From positions 682,001-746,000 of the forward strand of contig JAMWBK010000008.1 in NCBI GenBank assembly GCA_029953675.1: 64,000 nt of DNA. Reading direction: 5' to 3'. Made by a program: the position numbers and the translations under genes. The DNA comes from Rhodosorus marinus CCMP1338. Taxonomy: Eukaryota > Plantae > Rhodophyta. The notes beneath the pieces were generated by a model. The model saw nothing but the letters and a program-made list of their open reading frames with translations, ran no database searches and was not told where the DNA came from. Below, piece after piece: positions 1 through 11,283 of this stretch. Position 1 is the stretch's first letter; every line of letters begins with the position of its first letter.

Positions 1-94
1 TTTCATGTGTATTTTGTGATTTTGGGAGGGGGTTGGTTGGGGAGGGTGGGGGAACGTGTGGGTGAGTTGGTGGTTTCGACGGGATTGGATTCCG

Positions 95-1715
95 ATGCTG
101 TTGAAGTGTTGTGAGGATTTTAATTATTTTTCGCCTGATTCGAGTGGACAGAGGGTGCTGGTGAGAAAGCCGATGAGGGTGTATCTGCTTTATGGTTCGG
201 GTGGAGGAGGGCATAAGGCCTCAGCGAATGCGCTGATGGATGTGCTTTTGGTAGGGCGTCTTTTTTTTGAACGATGGTGTGGGTGGAAAGTACATCGTGC
301 TCACCGTTTTGTCTTGGTTTTTTTGACTTTTACTAGCAAAGGAACCCAGACTGGGATATTCGGACTATTAATATATCGCCCGCGGTTGGGGCAGAAGGGG
401 GTGATAAGTTCTACAATCTGTGTATGGAAAAAAACTGGTCTTTGATAATTCCGTTTTTGCACAAAGCGGCGACCTTCTTTGCTCCATTTGTGCAGCCCTT
501 GATCAAGAAGAGAATGCGAGACATGTGGTCGTCGATGCCAGAGGCGGATGTGATAGTTTCACTTGTCCCGTTCTTGAACCCCTCCATAATTGAAACTCAG
601 CCGGGAGCGATTCACTTCACATTAATAACTGACTTCACACATACAGAAGGACATCCCTGGATACAAGACCACCGCCAGCACATATTGTGCGGTACCGAGG
701 AATGTTACAAGCAGGGTATGTGCATCTGGGACTTGATACGCTAGAAACCTGCGCCAGAACATCGTGACTGAACTTGTTTTCTCAAATCCATTTGTTCGTG
801 TAGGGCTTCAACTAGGACTGCCGGTTGAGAAGGTCACTAGAACGTCTGGAATGGTTATCTCACCTCGTTTCTATCAGAGTCTCGATAGGGCTGAGCTGAA
901 AGAGATCTCCATGCAGTTGGATTTTCGTGTCAATTCCATCACGTCTTTGGTTTTCTTTGGTGGAGTGCCGCCTACTCATACCACGAGGCGCCTAGTGGTC
1001 GCCCTGTTGCGGAACGGGCACAACGTGATCGTTATATGCGGTAACAACGAAGGCCTCCTTCAAGATCTTTGCAAGTTGAAGGTACTGGCTATCCAACAAC
1101 TCGTTGACAACATCAGCGGGATTAACAGCAGTATTCTGACTTTTCTCGTTACTTCCGATTGCAGCTGAAATATCCGGAGCTTTGTCTCTATTTGAAAAAC
1201 TTCACGCGAGATGTGTCGACATACATGCAGTTGTCTGACGTCGTAGTTGGAAAACCTGGTCCCGGTGCCATCTCCGAGGCATTGGTTTCACGTAGGCCGG
1301 TTATCATGCTTGTCGAAGGTGGGGTTATCGATGACAAATTGTTTTTGGACCCTCACACTTGATTAGAGCAGCTATAGCCGCGCTTTTCTCACATGCGATT
1401 GAATCCTTGCGTGTCTTCTCTTTAGGTGGAAAAGTTATGGATCAGGAGCGATCTGTAATGAATTGGGTGGAGGAAAACAATCTTGGAGTTTCAGCCACGA
1501 AAGCGCAGGAAGCAGCTGAGGTTTCGAAAGAGAGGATTATGGAGATGCAAAGGGCGGTGGATGCTCTACCAGAGAATCGCGCGGTGTTTGAGGTGGCGGA
1601 AATTGTCGAAAGCGCTGCAAAAAATCGCCTACGAGAAAAGATGCGAACAGAAAAGCTTGCCCACGAAGTGGAGATTGATCTAGATATACAGGACAAGAAT
1701 GCTCTTACCACATAG
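95..1715 (+). CDS. GT28-family glycosyltransferase, MGDG/diacylglycerol glycosyl synthase-like (multi-exon)
   Basis: Exons give YGSGGGGHKASANAL, LITDFT..HPWI, FFGG, ICGNN, KPGPGAISEAL and ENRAVFEV. Intron 251-336 (GT..AG) keeps the frame into the 424 ORF. Stop at 1715. Start codon uncertain. Confidence 0.8.
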
Positions 1716-2206
1716 TATGTGTGGGAACACCGGGAGAGAAAATCAACTACCAATAGTCAGGGTCACGAAGTGGAAGAGCAGAGGGGAGGCTCTGTTGTGG
1801 GCTGAGCAAGTCCCAAATGCGCCATCCTCCAAAATCGACGGGAGAGAAATACACGCGTAACTCCTTATTTAGCTCATCAGCCGCTCAGAATTCGACGGGC
1901 TTCACTGCCCGTGCTTATCGTGTCGGTTTCGTTTCCGGCACTGTGGTTACGCCATAACGATTCTAGTTCATTTTATACTCGAATACGTTTTCATTGCCGG
2001 TTTTTGTCGGGTTTTGTTCATCAACTTAATGCGAGGGCATGTCATCGCTCTGAGGAAGGAGTGCTTCTATACAATTTAAAAACTTTCGCGGACAACGACG
2101 TTCAACGCGGCTTTCACTATACATTGAGGATTTCGTTTTACCCTCATGCGTTGACGTCAACTACTGACTTCCGTGGTGTGTAGGTAATGCTCTGTTTTCT
2201 GAACTT

Positions 2207-3713
2207 TCATCCGGTCTTCACGAGATGCTGATCGCTTTCGGCACCAGCAAAAAAGTCCGCCACTCCCTTATCAGCATTATCAACCGAGCTGTCAATTTGG
2301 AGATACATGTTTGTGTCCTCTTTCACAGTAAAAAGACCACTGCGAGATTCACACGGAAAAGTGTCAGCCCTGAACGCGAAAGATAGGGTGCTCCATTGCT
2401 CTAAGAGTCTCTTTACCTTGCAGCGCTGTCTTTCGAATGGTCTTCATCCAGGAACCAGCTGAACGTATTCTCGGAGCCACTGTAGCTTATTTCGGTGGAG
2501 TACAAGTCGTTCACCTCTGATGGATCCTTATTGACCAAGAAACAATCTATCGGTCCACCATGGGAGCGCAAGAACATTCGATACCTGACAAGCACATGGA
2601 TGCCACATCGTTAGAAAGTAGCTCCACTCTTTTGGGCCAGCTAAAAAGATATGCTGTGGGAAGAACAGCCTACCTGCTACCTCCTGTTCTTGGGCAGTCG
2701 TCCGCCTCTGGGATCTTCAGCTCTGTACCTACTGGGGCCTTGACAGTAATCAGCGCGTGTCCCTGAAGGTCTGGAATCTCCGTGAGATCCTCGAATGTGA
2801 TGAACGAATACGCGGAGTTGGCTTCTCCAGAAGTTATGTCCTTGAGGGATTTCTCCAACAGAGCCATTTCGCTGTCAATCTTAACCTCCTCTTCTAGAAG
2901 CGATCTCAAACCAACCTCCATCGGTCCTGCATCAACTTGATGGATACCGTGATCCTTGGAGGCTGGACCACCTTTCTTCCACGAGATCAGATTCTTGCTC
3001 TTCTTCTCTATCAACCCTACTCCTTCAAGGACTGTCAAGAGCAACATACATTAGAGCCTATTTAGCCTATGTCTCTGGTCGTCCCTGCTCGCATCTCTCG
3101 GCATTTGGTGCATACCGTTCGTTATGTCGTAAATTCTGCGCTTCTGAACTTGCAAGTTTTCAGCGGCGAGGTTGAGGTCTACCTCACCATCAGGCGAATC
3201 ATTCAGCATTTGGACAAACTTGCGCGTCAATAAGCTCAAGGAGGAGTCAAATCTGCTGGATACACTAAGACAAACCGAGACAGGAATAGATCATCAGGAG
3301 GAGTTATTCCAGATCGCGTTTTCACTGCATTTTTCATGGTTTCTTAGTAGATACCTAGTCGTTGGGTCTACCGCTAGGCCATGTTTCAGTGGTTCCGGAA
3401 GCGAGTGGCCCAAAATCCCTCCATCCTCCGTAATCGGCATTGTTGTGTAGGGAACAAGGCTCAGACAGACATCACCCAAACCGCTTAAGGAGCAATGGTC
3501 CGATCGCCCTGGCCGCAGAGCAACGCTTGCCCTAAAAATCCCGAGTATCCCACCTCTTTCGTGGCTGGGGAAAAAAACAAACCCAAACCCTTGTGTGAAA
3601 TTTGTAGACGACGACGCTTGTAAAGTCTCTTCCGTTGCCTCAAAATCCCAGATCAAAGCGCCACTTACGTAACCCCAAACGCCCGCAGCACATCTCCTAT
3701 CCCTCACCACCAT
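2207..3713 (-). CDS. E2F: E2F-family transcription factor (multi-exon)
   Basis: DNA-binding domain [33 protein letters not shown] / [18 protein letters not shown], marked-box-like [11 protein letters not shown], and C-terminal ..DKGVADFF resembling the pocket-protein-binding motif. 5' end approximate. Confidence 0.9.
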
Positions 3714-4205
3714 GAAAATCCTAAAATCTCTCTCCGGCATTATATAATAAAAGAAAACTCCCCTTCCCAGCGTCATACGTCAATACGGACTCGACGTAGA
3801 ACGCTAATACTCACCAAAATCATCTGAAAAGAAGTAGTCGTGCCTTCTGTCTCCGAATGTCTATTGAAAATCATCGAGAAAACCCCACCACGGCAAGGAG
3901 TTTTACCTCATGACAGTTGTCGCAGCGTAAACGCAAAACAAGAAAATGAAAAACCTACCCTCAAAATTTTCTATTTCAAAATGGAATCCCGAGGTATAGT
4001 AACCTTTGTGAATCCAAGAATTGTAAACTACTACTGTTCTGAGCTGGTTGTTTTTTTAGCCATCATCAATCAACATAAACACAGAGAACTTTGTGATTGG
4101 CTTTTATCGATTTTCGCTGATTTTGATTGGCTGTATTTTCACGAGCTCTGTCAGCTGATCGTTACCGAACGGCCGATCTATTTCACAATCATTTTTCATG
4201 ACCAC

Positions 4206-4260
4206 TTTCCCGCGAAAAGGACATTGGCGTTCCCGCGTGGGGGTCTTTTTGCCGGGAAAA
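4206..4260. promoter_or_regulatory. Cluster of E2F-consensus sites upstream of the E2F gene
   Basis: TTTCCCGCGAAAA at 4206-4218, GTTCCCGCG at 4229-4237 and GCCGGGAAAA at 4251-4260. The canonical E2F site is TTTSSCGC. Confidence 0.5.
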
Positions 4261-4316
4261 GCACATGTCCAAAATATTATTAAAAGTCAGGTGAAATTGA
4301 TATATTGAGCTTTGAC

Positions 4317-4625
4317 AGGTGTCCTAGTGCGACGCCTCGCGGTTGTCACACTACACACTGGTGGCTTCTTGGCGACCTTGTATTGAGATCCAGTGGAACC
4401 CGTCGGAGAAGTACGGGTCGTGTAGTGTGCCTTTACATGCCTATCTACTGCGTATGTCTCGTGGAGATATCGATAAATTACCTTTGATCGCTTTGAGATG
4501 GCTTTTTTGGGCGATTCTAGCAGACCGGCTCGCGATTGAGTGGCTAAATAACAACTGCCCGGAGCACATCGGCTTAGTTCGGTTCTATCGCATGTAGTTG
4601 AGACTCTGACAACCTAAGGAGGCCT
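4317..4625. ncRNA. Candidate structured RNA element (family unassigned)
   Basis: Perfect 10-bp stem 4347-4356/4420-4429 enclosing two hairpins (4357-4361/4390-4394 and 4398-4403/4413-4418), an 8-bp long-range complement 4341-4348/4607-4614, and imperfect end-to-end pairing. Confidence 0.25.
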
Positions 4626-4637
4626 GGGTATCCACCA

Positions 4638-5754
4638 TTACCATTCTATTGGTTCACGAGCATAGTCGAAGAACTTTCCTGAATCCGAAATGTCTAGCGA
4701 GTCTATCACCTGTTTCAGTAGGGCACGGGCTTCAGAAACTAGTCCTCATGGAGACTACTGTGCAGCGCGACACTTACGTCCAGGAGCTGCACAGCGGCCG
4801 TATCGACCGGAAAGAGCTTTTCAGGTCTGACGTTTCCTTGAAAAGGTTCAGAAAGATCTGTGTTCACAGTTCCTGGGTGCAGGGCAACGATAGCAGTGCC
4901 TCTTCTCTTCAGCTCAAGCGAACTGGTCCTGCTGAGCTGATTCTGCGCGGCCTTCGATATTCTGTATGAATACCTTAAACGCCAAAAGTAGAGGGTTTCA
5001 GCTTCCGTCCAAAGCTTTGCGAATTGGCGAGGTGAAAATCTCACCATCCTCCAAGTTGGTTGTCGCTAATCGAGCCAACCCGAGCTGAGATCGTGGCAAG
5101 TAGTGAAAACACTCTTCCTTCCTTTCGGGAGGTGATCATCAACGGGGTGAAATGCTTCATCACCAACGCCGGACCAACGGTGTTGATCTGGAAGGGACCG
5201 GGAAATCGAAAGAGATCCATCAGTCTACGTGCACAAGCTTCAGCCGGGGAGAGCTGCTTCTACCTTAAAGTTTTCGATCATCCAGTCCGCATCAACCTGG
5301 GAGAGGTTGCGCTCTGGCATTCGGCTAGTGCTCTTATCGTGCAAGATTCCAGCTGTATTGATCAGCAAGTCTAATCGACCACCGGATATCTCCTTCAGTT
5401 TTTCTGCCGCCTCGCTCACGCTAGCTTCTTCAGTCACATCCATCTTCAAGATAGTGAACCTTTCTGGATTGAACTGCCACAACGCGCCCAACGCTCCGGC
5501 TTCATCTGGGTTGCGACAGGCGCAAAATATTTTTCCTGGGAGTATTAGAAAGACGGAGCTTACTCAGATCTGGGAACTCACTGTCCTACTCGTAGAGTAC
5601 CATCTCCTGAAGGAAGCTTGAGAAAAGCCATACCTTTGAAGCGTTTCGGCAGAACCTGGCTGATAGCTAGGCCTATGCCTCTCGAAGCGCCAACAACCAA
5701 CGCCGCAGCTTCTACATCGGCGTTCCTCGCCTTAGCTGCATCGGTGGCCTGCAT
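4638..5754 (-). CDS. Short-chain dehydrogenase/reductase, CsgA (C-factor)-like (multi-exon)
   Basis: ALVVGASRGIG, LLINTAGILH and VALHPGTVNTDLSEPF. Last exon DSGKFFDYAREPIEW* ends at 4638. Confidence 0.85.
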
Positions 5755-7490
5755 CGATGCCCATCGACATACAAGAAGTGCAGAGCGGGTGTTGGAGCTC
5801 AGGCTCTTCACACGTCCGCCAGAAAACGCAAAAGATATCATCTTTCCGTTCCTCTGTTGTAACGGCTGTTAGTCTTCCAGTTGTCTCTCACCCCCTCCTT
5901 CCTCAGCGCACGTTGAGATCAGGATCTCCTCATACAGGCATTTCAAACCGTAAGGACAGGCTGTCGTATAAGATCCGCGTCTTCGAGGACGCTCTTGAAA
6001 AACTTCCTAAGAGGATTAGGTTCATGTACGGACGGCAGAATTTGTCCTTGCTCTGCGTCGTTTGGGTCCTATGAGAGTCTCTCGCCGCATCCTCCTTGGA
6101 GAACTGACCACGTCCGAGAGCTTCACACGACTCCAACCTCAGTTGAACATCGGAGATCACTCTACAGGAATACTACTAATAGGCTTCCAGTCTCAGTGCA
6201 GGTGGTGCTTCTGGTCCTACATCTTAATTCTCTTAAAGAAGAAAACCTATGAGCGTTGTGCACATTCTCGAACAGGAGATCCTCAACAGAGAACCACTAA
6301 ACCGTTAGCCCGGGCATCTCACGGACTGTTGATGACCCAAAAATCATAATCAAATCGATTGGTTTGTGACTCTACTAAGACGCAGGCTGTTGGAAGATGG
6401 AGCCAATGCAACTGGAGAAGCACCAAACTGAGACGCTGCTGGGCGATCAGAAGCCAACCAGCGCTACGCAAACCGTTTTTAGCCAAAATATCGCTTGGGC
6501 AGGCGTACAGACCAGTAATTCCCTTCCGAATATTCACCAGATACACAAGGACTTGTCTTTTAAAAAAAGCACATACAAAATCCGCAAGGACCCTCTCAAA
6601 AGACGACTACCGGCTGATGACCCCTCCTTCTCCATACCCCCTACCTGACATCAACCCTCCATATAGTTGCCACACCACCATCTACAATTCCACCTTTTTT
6701 ATACCAAGAAAATTACCACGAAATGCTTTTTTCATGCACAAATTTTTTATCGATTTGGAAGCTTGTAAGCAAGTAAAATGTTAAAAGTCTGAAAGGGGGA
6801 AGTGGGGGGAGGAGGGGATCACAATCAGAGTTTTACAAAGAAAAATATTTTATTAGACCATCATATTCTATGTAAATACATAGCTGGGGGGTGAGAGGAG
6901 GGCGATAATTTATTCCAAGAATACCTACGAAGAAAGCTAGAGATATCGAGCAATATTCAGAACGGGGCCAAGAACTGGACATATTTGGCTGATGTTCCGA
7001 TGGAACTGAATAAGCAATATTTTTGAGCGCATTCCATGGAAAAAGAAAATTCTCGGGTGGAGCTTGTGCTTTTCCTAGTCGGTAGGTTTTTGTGTTTATT
7101 GTTTATTTTTCGGGGTGTTTTGGGTTAGTGCATCTGGTGTGGTGTGTGAGGAAGGTGTTTACCATAAAGGGGTTTCACTTGTAGAGGCGGGTAAAGCTGG
7201 AGGACCTGTGCATGCAAGGATTTGCGTTTCGGACTGTTTGTAGAATTTTTGTTGGATTGGAAATGTTTACGGGAGGAAGGATGACTGATTTGTGAAGGGG
7301 GAGGGGCGGGTTTTGGATGAAACATGATGAGCTGGATGGGAAGAGAGCGGAATCTGGGGTGATGTGTTTGAGGATGGAGGTTTTGAGGAGGTCGTTGTTT
7401 AGCCGATTCTCATAGGGTTATGCAACGTTGCTGGGAAAGTAGACCTTTTTGATGGTTGCTGGAGGGTGCTGAAAGTTTTTGGACGTGGGT

Positions 7491-10400
7491 ATGAGAGTAT
7501 TGGGTGGAATGAGAAAGCGTTTGTGGTGTGTTTGCTTGGCTTTTGCTCTGCTGTGGGCTTTGTGCAATGCTCAAAATGCGTCTTGCGAACTCGTTGACCT
7601 CACACTGTCTGGAGTTGGTAATGAAGTGATTTCTCGGGATATTGAGGTGGACACGAACAACAATGACAATGTTTTCGTCAGCCTGGTCGGAAGTTTGGTT
7701 TTTGAAAGGGGCCAGGAGTGCTTTCAGCTGAAGCTGAACGCAAGCGTTGTCGCAGATGTGGTTGTTTCTACTTGCACGAGATCTACCTTCAACACAACTC
7801 TCATCATGCTCAAGGAATCTCCGACTGAAATCCAGGAACAGTTCGCGGGTGACACATTGGTGAACCGCTTTGACCCCACTTGCGGAGGGTCGGAAGGTAT
7901 AATGCGGTCAACTGTTGAATATCGCACTGTGGACGAGGAAGAGTTTCTGTATCTTGTTGTTACTGGGTGGGAAGGAGCCAAAGGAGACGCGACGGTTAGT
8001 TTTAGTGTAAAAAGGGCTGAACCACTCCAGATCTCATGGGGCTTAGATAGAATTGACCAGAGGTGAACTGCTCATCTCAAAGCTTGCTTCAACGTTTTTG
8101 GTGCGCGTTTCAAAACGATCGCAAGTTGCTCAAAATCTTGCTTGTGACTACCAGGAACCTTCCAAGAGACAATATTTCATCTTTATCGAGGGGCGGCGAT
8201 GGTGTATTCGTTTATGTAGTAGACTCAGGGGTTAATCCGACGCACTCGGAATTTCTGGCTACGGATTCGACAACGGGTGGCTCGCGGGCATCCGTAGGAA
8301 AGAGTTTTGTTGCGGATTCGGACCTACCAGATTGCACCGGTCACGGCACGCATGTAGCTGCTTTAATCGCAGGTAGAACTCTGGGAGTAGCACAGAGCGC
8401 CTCAATTATTGCGGTTAAAGTTTTGAGATGTGACAATAGGGTAAGTACTTCGCCGTTAGCTCGCGTGCGAGAAGGACGCTTTGAATACTCCCTCTGTAGC
8501 TAGAAGTTTCCCTTGCGAAGCGAGGTTGAAAGGCCAACAAGAGGCTCTCTCTTTACCTTGTTCAGGGGGAGAAAACGGCGCTGCTGGCAGCCATAGATTG
8601 GATCCTTGAAGATATCAAGGAAGCTCGGAAGGGAGCTGCTCTTGTTGTCATGTCTGTACTTTCGGAATTTTCAGAGGCTCTTAACGCAAAGGTCAACGAG
8701 ACGTTGATTCAGAACGATGTACCTGTCGTGGCTGCGGCGGGAAATTTTATCGAACCAGATGAATCGAGTGATTCATGTTCGTCGTCGCCTGGATCCCTTG
8801 CAGGAGTGATTTCGGTCTCAGCTTCCACCACATTAGACCGCCGCGCAGTCTTCTCAAAGTACGGGAGATGTACTGATATTTATGCACCGGGTAAGGAAGG
8901 TAGAAATCTTCGGATTCGGGGTTTTCTGTTTGAGCGAGAAGCTACCTTGTGGAGTGTACTTCGCTGCACTCCCAGATATTCCTATTTCGAATTTCCCACC
9001 TTAAGATACACGTTCTCCCGATCTTTAGGGGTTGGCATTCTTTCCGCATTTCACACGGGTGACTATGCGACGCGCGTGATTGACGGAACATCCCAGGCTT
9101 CGTCGTTTGTCGCCGGAGCTGTAGCCCGTCTCCTTTCCACAAATCCAAGGATGAATGCTACGAATATTCCGCCGGCGATCCTCTCAATGTCAACAAAGGA
9201 CGTACTCGACCTGAATACCGGCAGTTCTGACGCAAATCGATTGCTGTATGTTAGAGACATACCGAATTTTCCAGTGGAGGTATACTTCAGTCTTTTCGAG
9301 TTCTTGTACTTGCCTATGAACTTAGCACGCTAAGACATCCTTTGATTTTTTTGACGCTTTCTGCAGAGACCACCTCAAGGATGGTATCATATTTACTTTG
9401 GCTTCCAACTTAGTAGCCAGCGAAACTGCTCCGACGATTTCAACGCAGGGCTAGCGAGCACCCTTAGGAGATGGCTGATTGATCATGACGCGCCTTTCTC
9501 CAGGGCGCGAGTGTTCAGCTGCGCGGAGAGTTTCAACCCGCAACCCGGGACTTCTGAGTTGCTTCAGGACGAGGTGAGTTGTTTGATTCCTCCATCTCTG
9601 TGTTTACAAGGTTGAATGTATCCTCGTAACTCGAAGTGCTAAGCGCATCGCTATCGACGAGCTGTGCTGAGGATCAGCCCAGAGCTGCTTCAGGGAAAAA
9701 GCCTGACCAAAGCATTATATCTCCACCGTTTGATATTATCAGTACATGCTTGACGTCCAATTCGAAGTGGGGGTGGCTAACAAACAATCGAGCGTAACTT
9801 TCGAAACGATAAATGATACTATGGAATCAGAGGACCTGCAAGACAGTATGTCCCTGGAGAGGGAAGTAGAGATTGTAGCGGTTGCGGCGCTGCCGTGGGT
9901 GGTCGATAGCAGGATGTTTCAGTTTTGGGCGGCTCCTTTACTGCCTGGAACTTCGAACACCACATCTGTTGGGTCAATTGTCGGAATCGTTTTGGCTTCT
10001 GTGACAGCATTCATCGCGTTACTTCTTCTACTTTTGCTCGTTTTTCGATGGACGAAGCCAGCGGAAAGGGAAGACACGATTAGAAAAAGTGACAAAGAGC
10101 AGTTGTTGCTCCAGGAGTCGGGACAAAGTGATTCAGGATTTCCGCGTATGCCAACTCAAACCCAAACCAAAGTTCTCTTCGATTGCCGGTTTTCTGAAAT
10201 AAGCTCTTATCGACTCGCTTCTTTTTTGTGCACTACAGCTCCAATGGAGATGTTCCACCGGTCTGGTGGAGATCCACGCCCAACTTCAGAGAACATGAAC
10301 GATGGAAACACGGAGTTTGATGTTGTTTCCCTAGAGGGAGGAGAGGGGATGTTCCATAATGTTGGTAAGCCTCCACCACATTTGGACGTGTTCTTCGGAT

Positions 10401-10771
10401 AAATTCGAAACAAAAGCGGCTTGCTCACCCATTCCACACTGCCTTCCTGACTTCAAGGTGCCAATTTCTTTGGCGCAGCGGATCTGGGAGACTCCTTTGC
10501 GAGCATTCCCCTTAGCAACAGGTCGGAGATCAGCGAGAACTCTGATACCGGTGTGATAGACGGGCCGCTCCGGACAGACTCTTTCGGAGAAGAGGCATTT
10601 TTGCTTGGAGGCGGCTTATTCCAACGTGAGTCGTTTGTAGATACAGAGGGGATTGTTGAACCGGCCGCGATCACTTCTGACTCTGCCAAGAAGGCGAGCA
10701 GCGACAACTACCCCGAACCAAGTATACGGATGGACTCGTTTGAAGTTTTTCTGGACAACGAGTTTGTGTAA
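7491..10771 (+). CDS. S8 subtilisin/proteinase K-like serine protease with signal peptide and C-terminal TM helix (multi-exon)
   Basis: Signal-like N-terminus, SWGLDRIDQR, VVDSGV (Asp), GHGTHVA (His), VAAAGN, GTSQA (Ser) and a hydrophobic segment IVGIVLASVTAFIALLLLLLLVF. Confidence 0.88.
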
Positions 10772-10830
10772 ATAAACTAATTGCAAAGGTGTGCTTTTCT
10801 CATGAAACACGTTATAGCCTAAAAACCAAA

Positions 10831-10864
10831 TCATCATCGTCGTCATCGTCGTCATCGTCGTCGT
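10831..10864. repeat. (CATCGTCGT)3 microsatellite
   Basis: Three exact 9-mers at 10835-10861 within a TCA/TCG triplet run. Confidence 0.9.
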
Positions 10865-11283
10865 GATTTGCGACGATGATTTGGTCTCCGTATCATGACT
10901 GTGGGACGCTCGTGTTGGACACTATTCTCGAGCGGTGGATTCTCGCATACTCCATCTTAGTCGTCGTCATGGAGCAAGCGAACTTTCTCCCATGGAACGA
11001 GATGGGGCGCACAGTTCTGAACCCAAGAAATGGCGTAGTGAGCGCTTGGTCAAGGATATACCGCCGATACGGGGCCCTCAGACAATGCTCTCCTTTCTGT
11101 TGTAAGCCTGCAATCCTCGACATCAGATTTGCCAGGGGGCGCTCACTGTCCTTCGCAATGATCCGCACATGCGCATGTTGAGTAGAGGAAGACTCGTATT
11201 CATCTAATTTAGCATACTTTCAGAAGTTTAGAATATTACAGAGATTTGTGCGTATCAACTACGACTCTTCTTAGAAAGACAAG

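Noticed and set aside
4605-4630. CCTAAGGAGG resembling the SRP RNA helix 6 loop
   Set aside because: No helix 8 motif (CAGG..GGAA..AGCAG) follows, and the downstream sequence is the SDR last exon.
5880-6784. Overlapping ORFs on both strands between the SDR and the subtilase
   Set aside because: No recognisable motif and no splice model I could make consistent; a small gene cannot be excluded.
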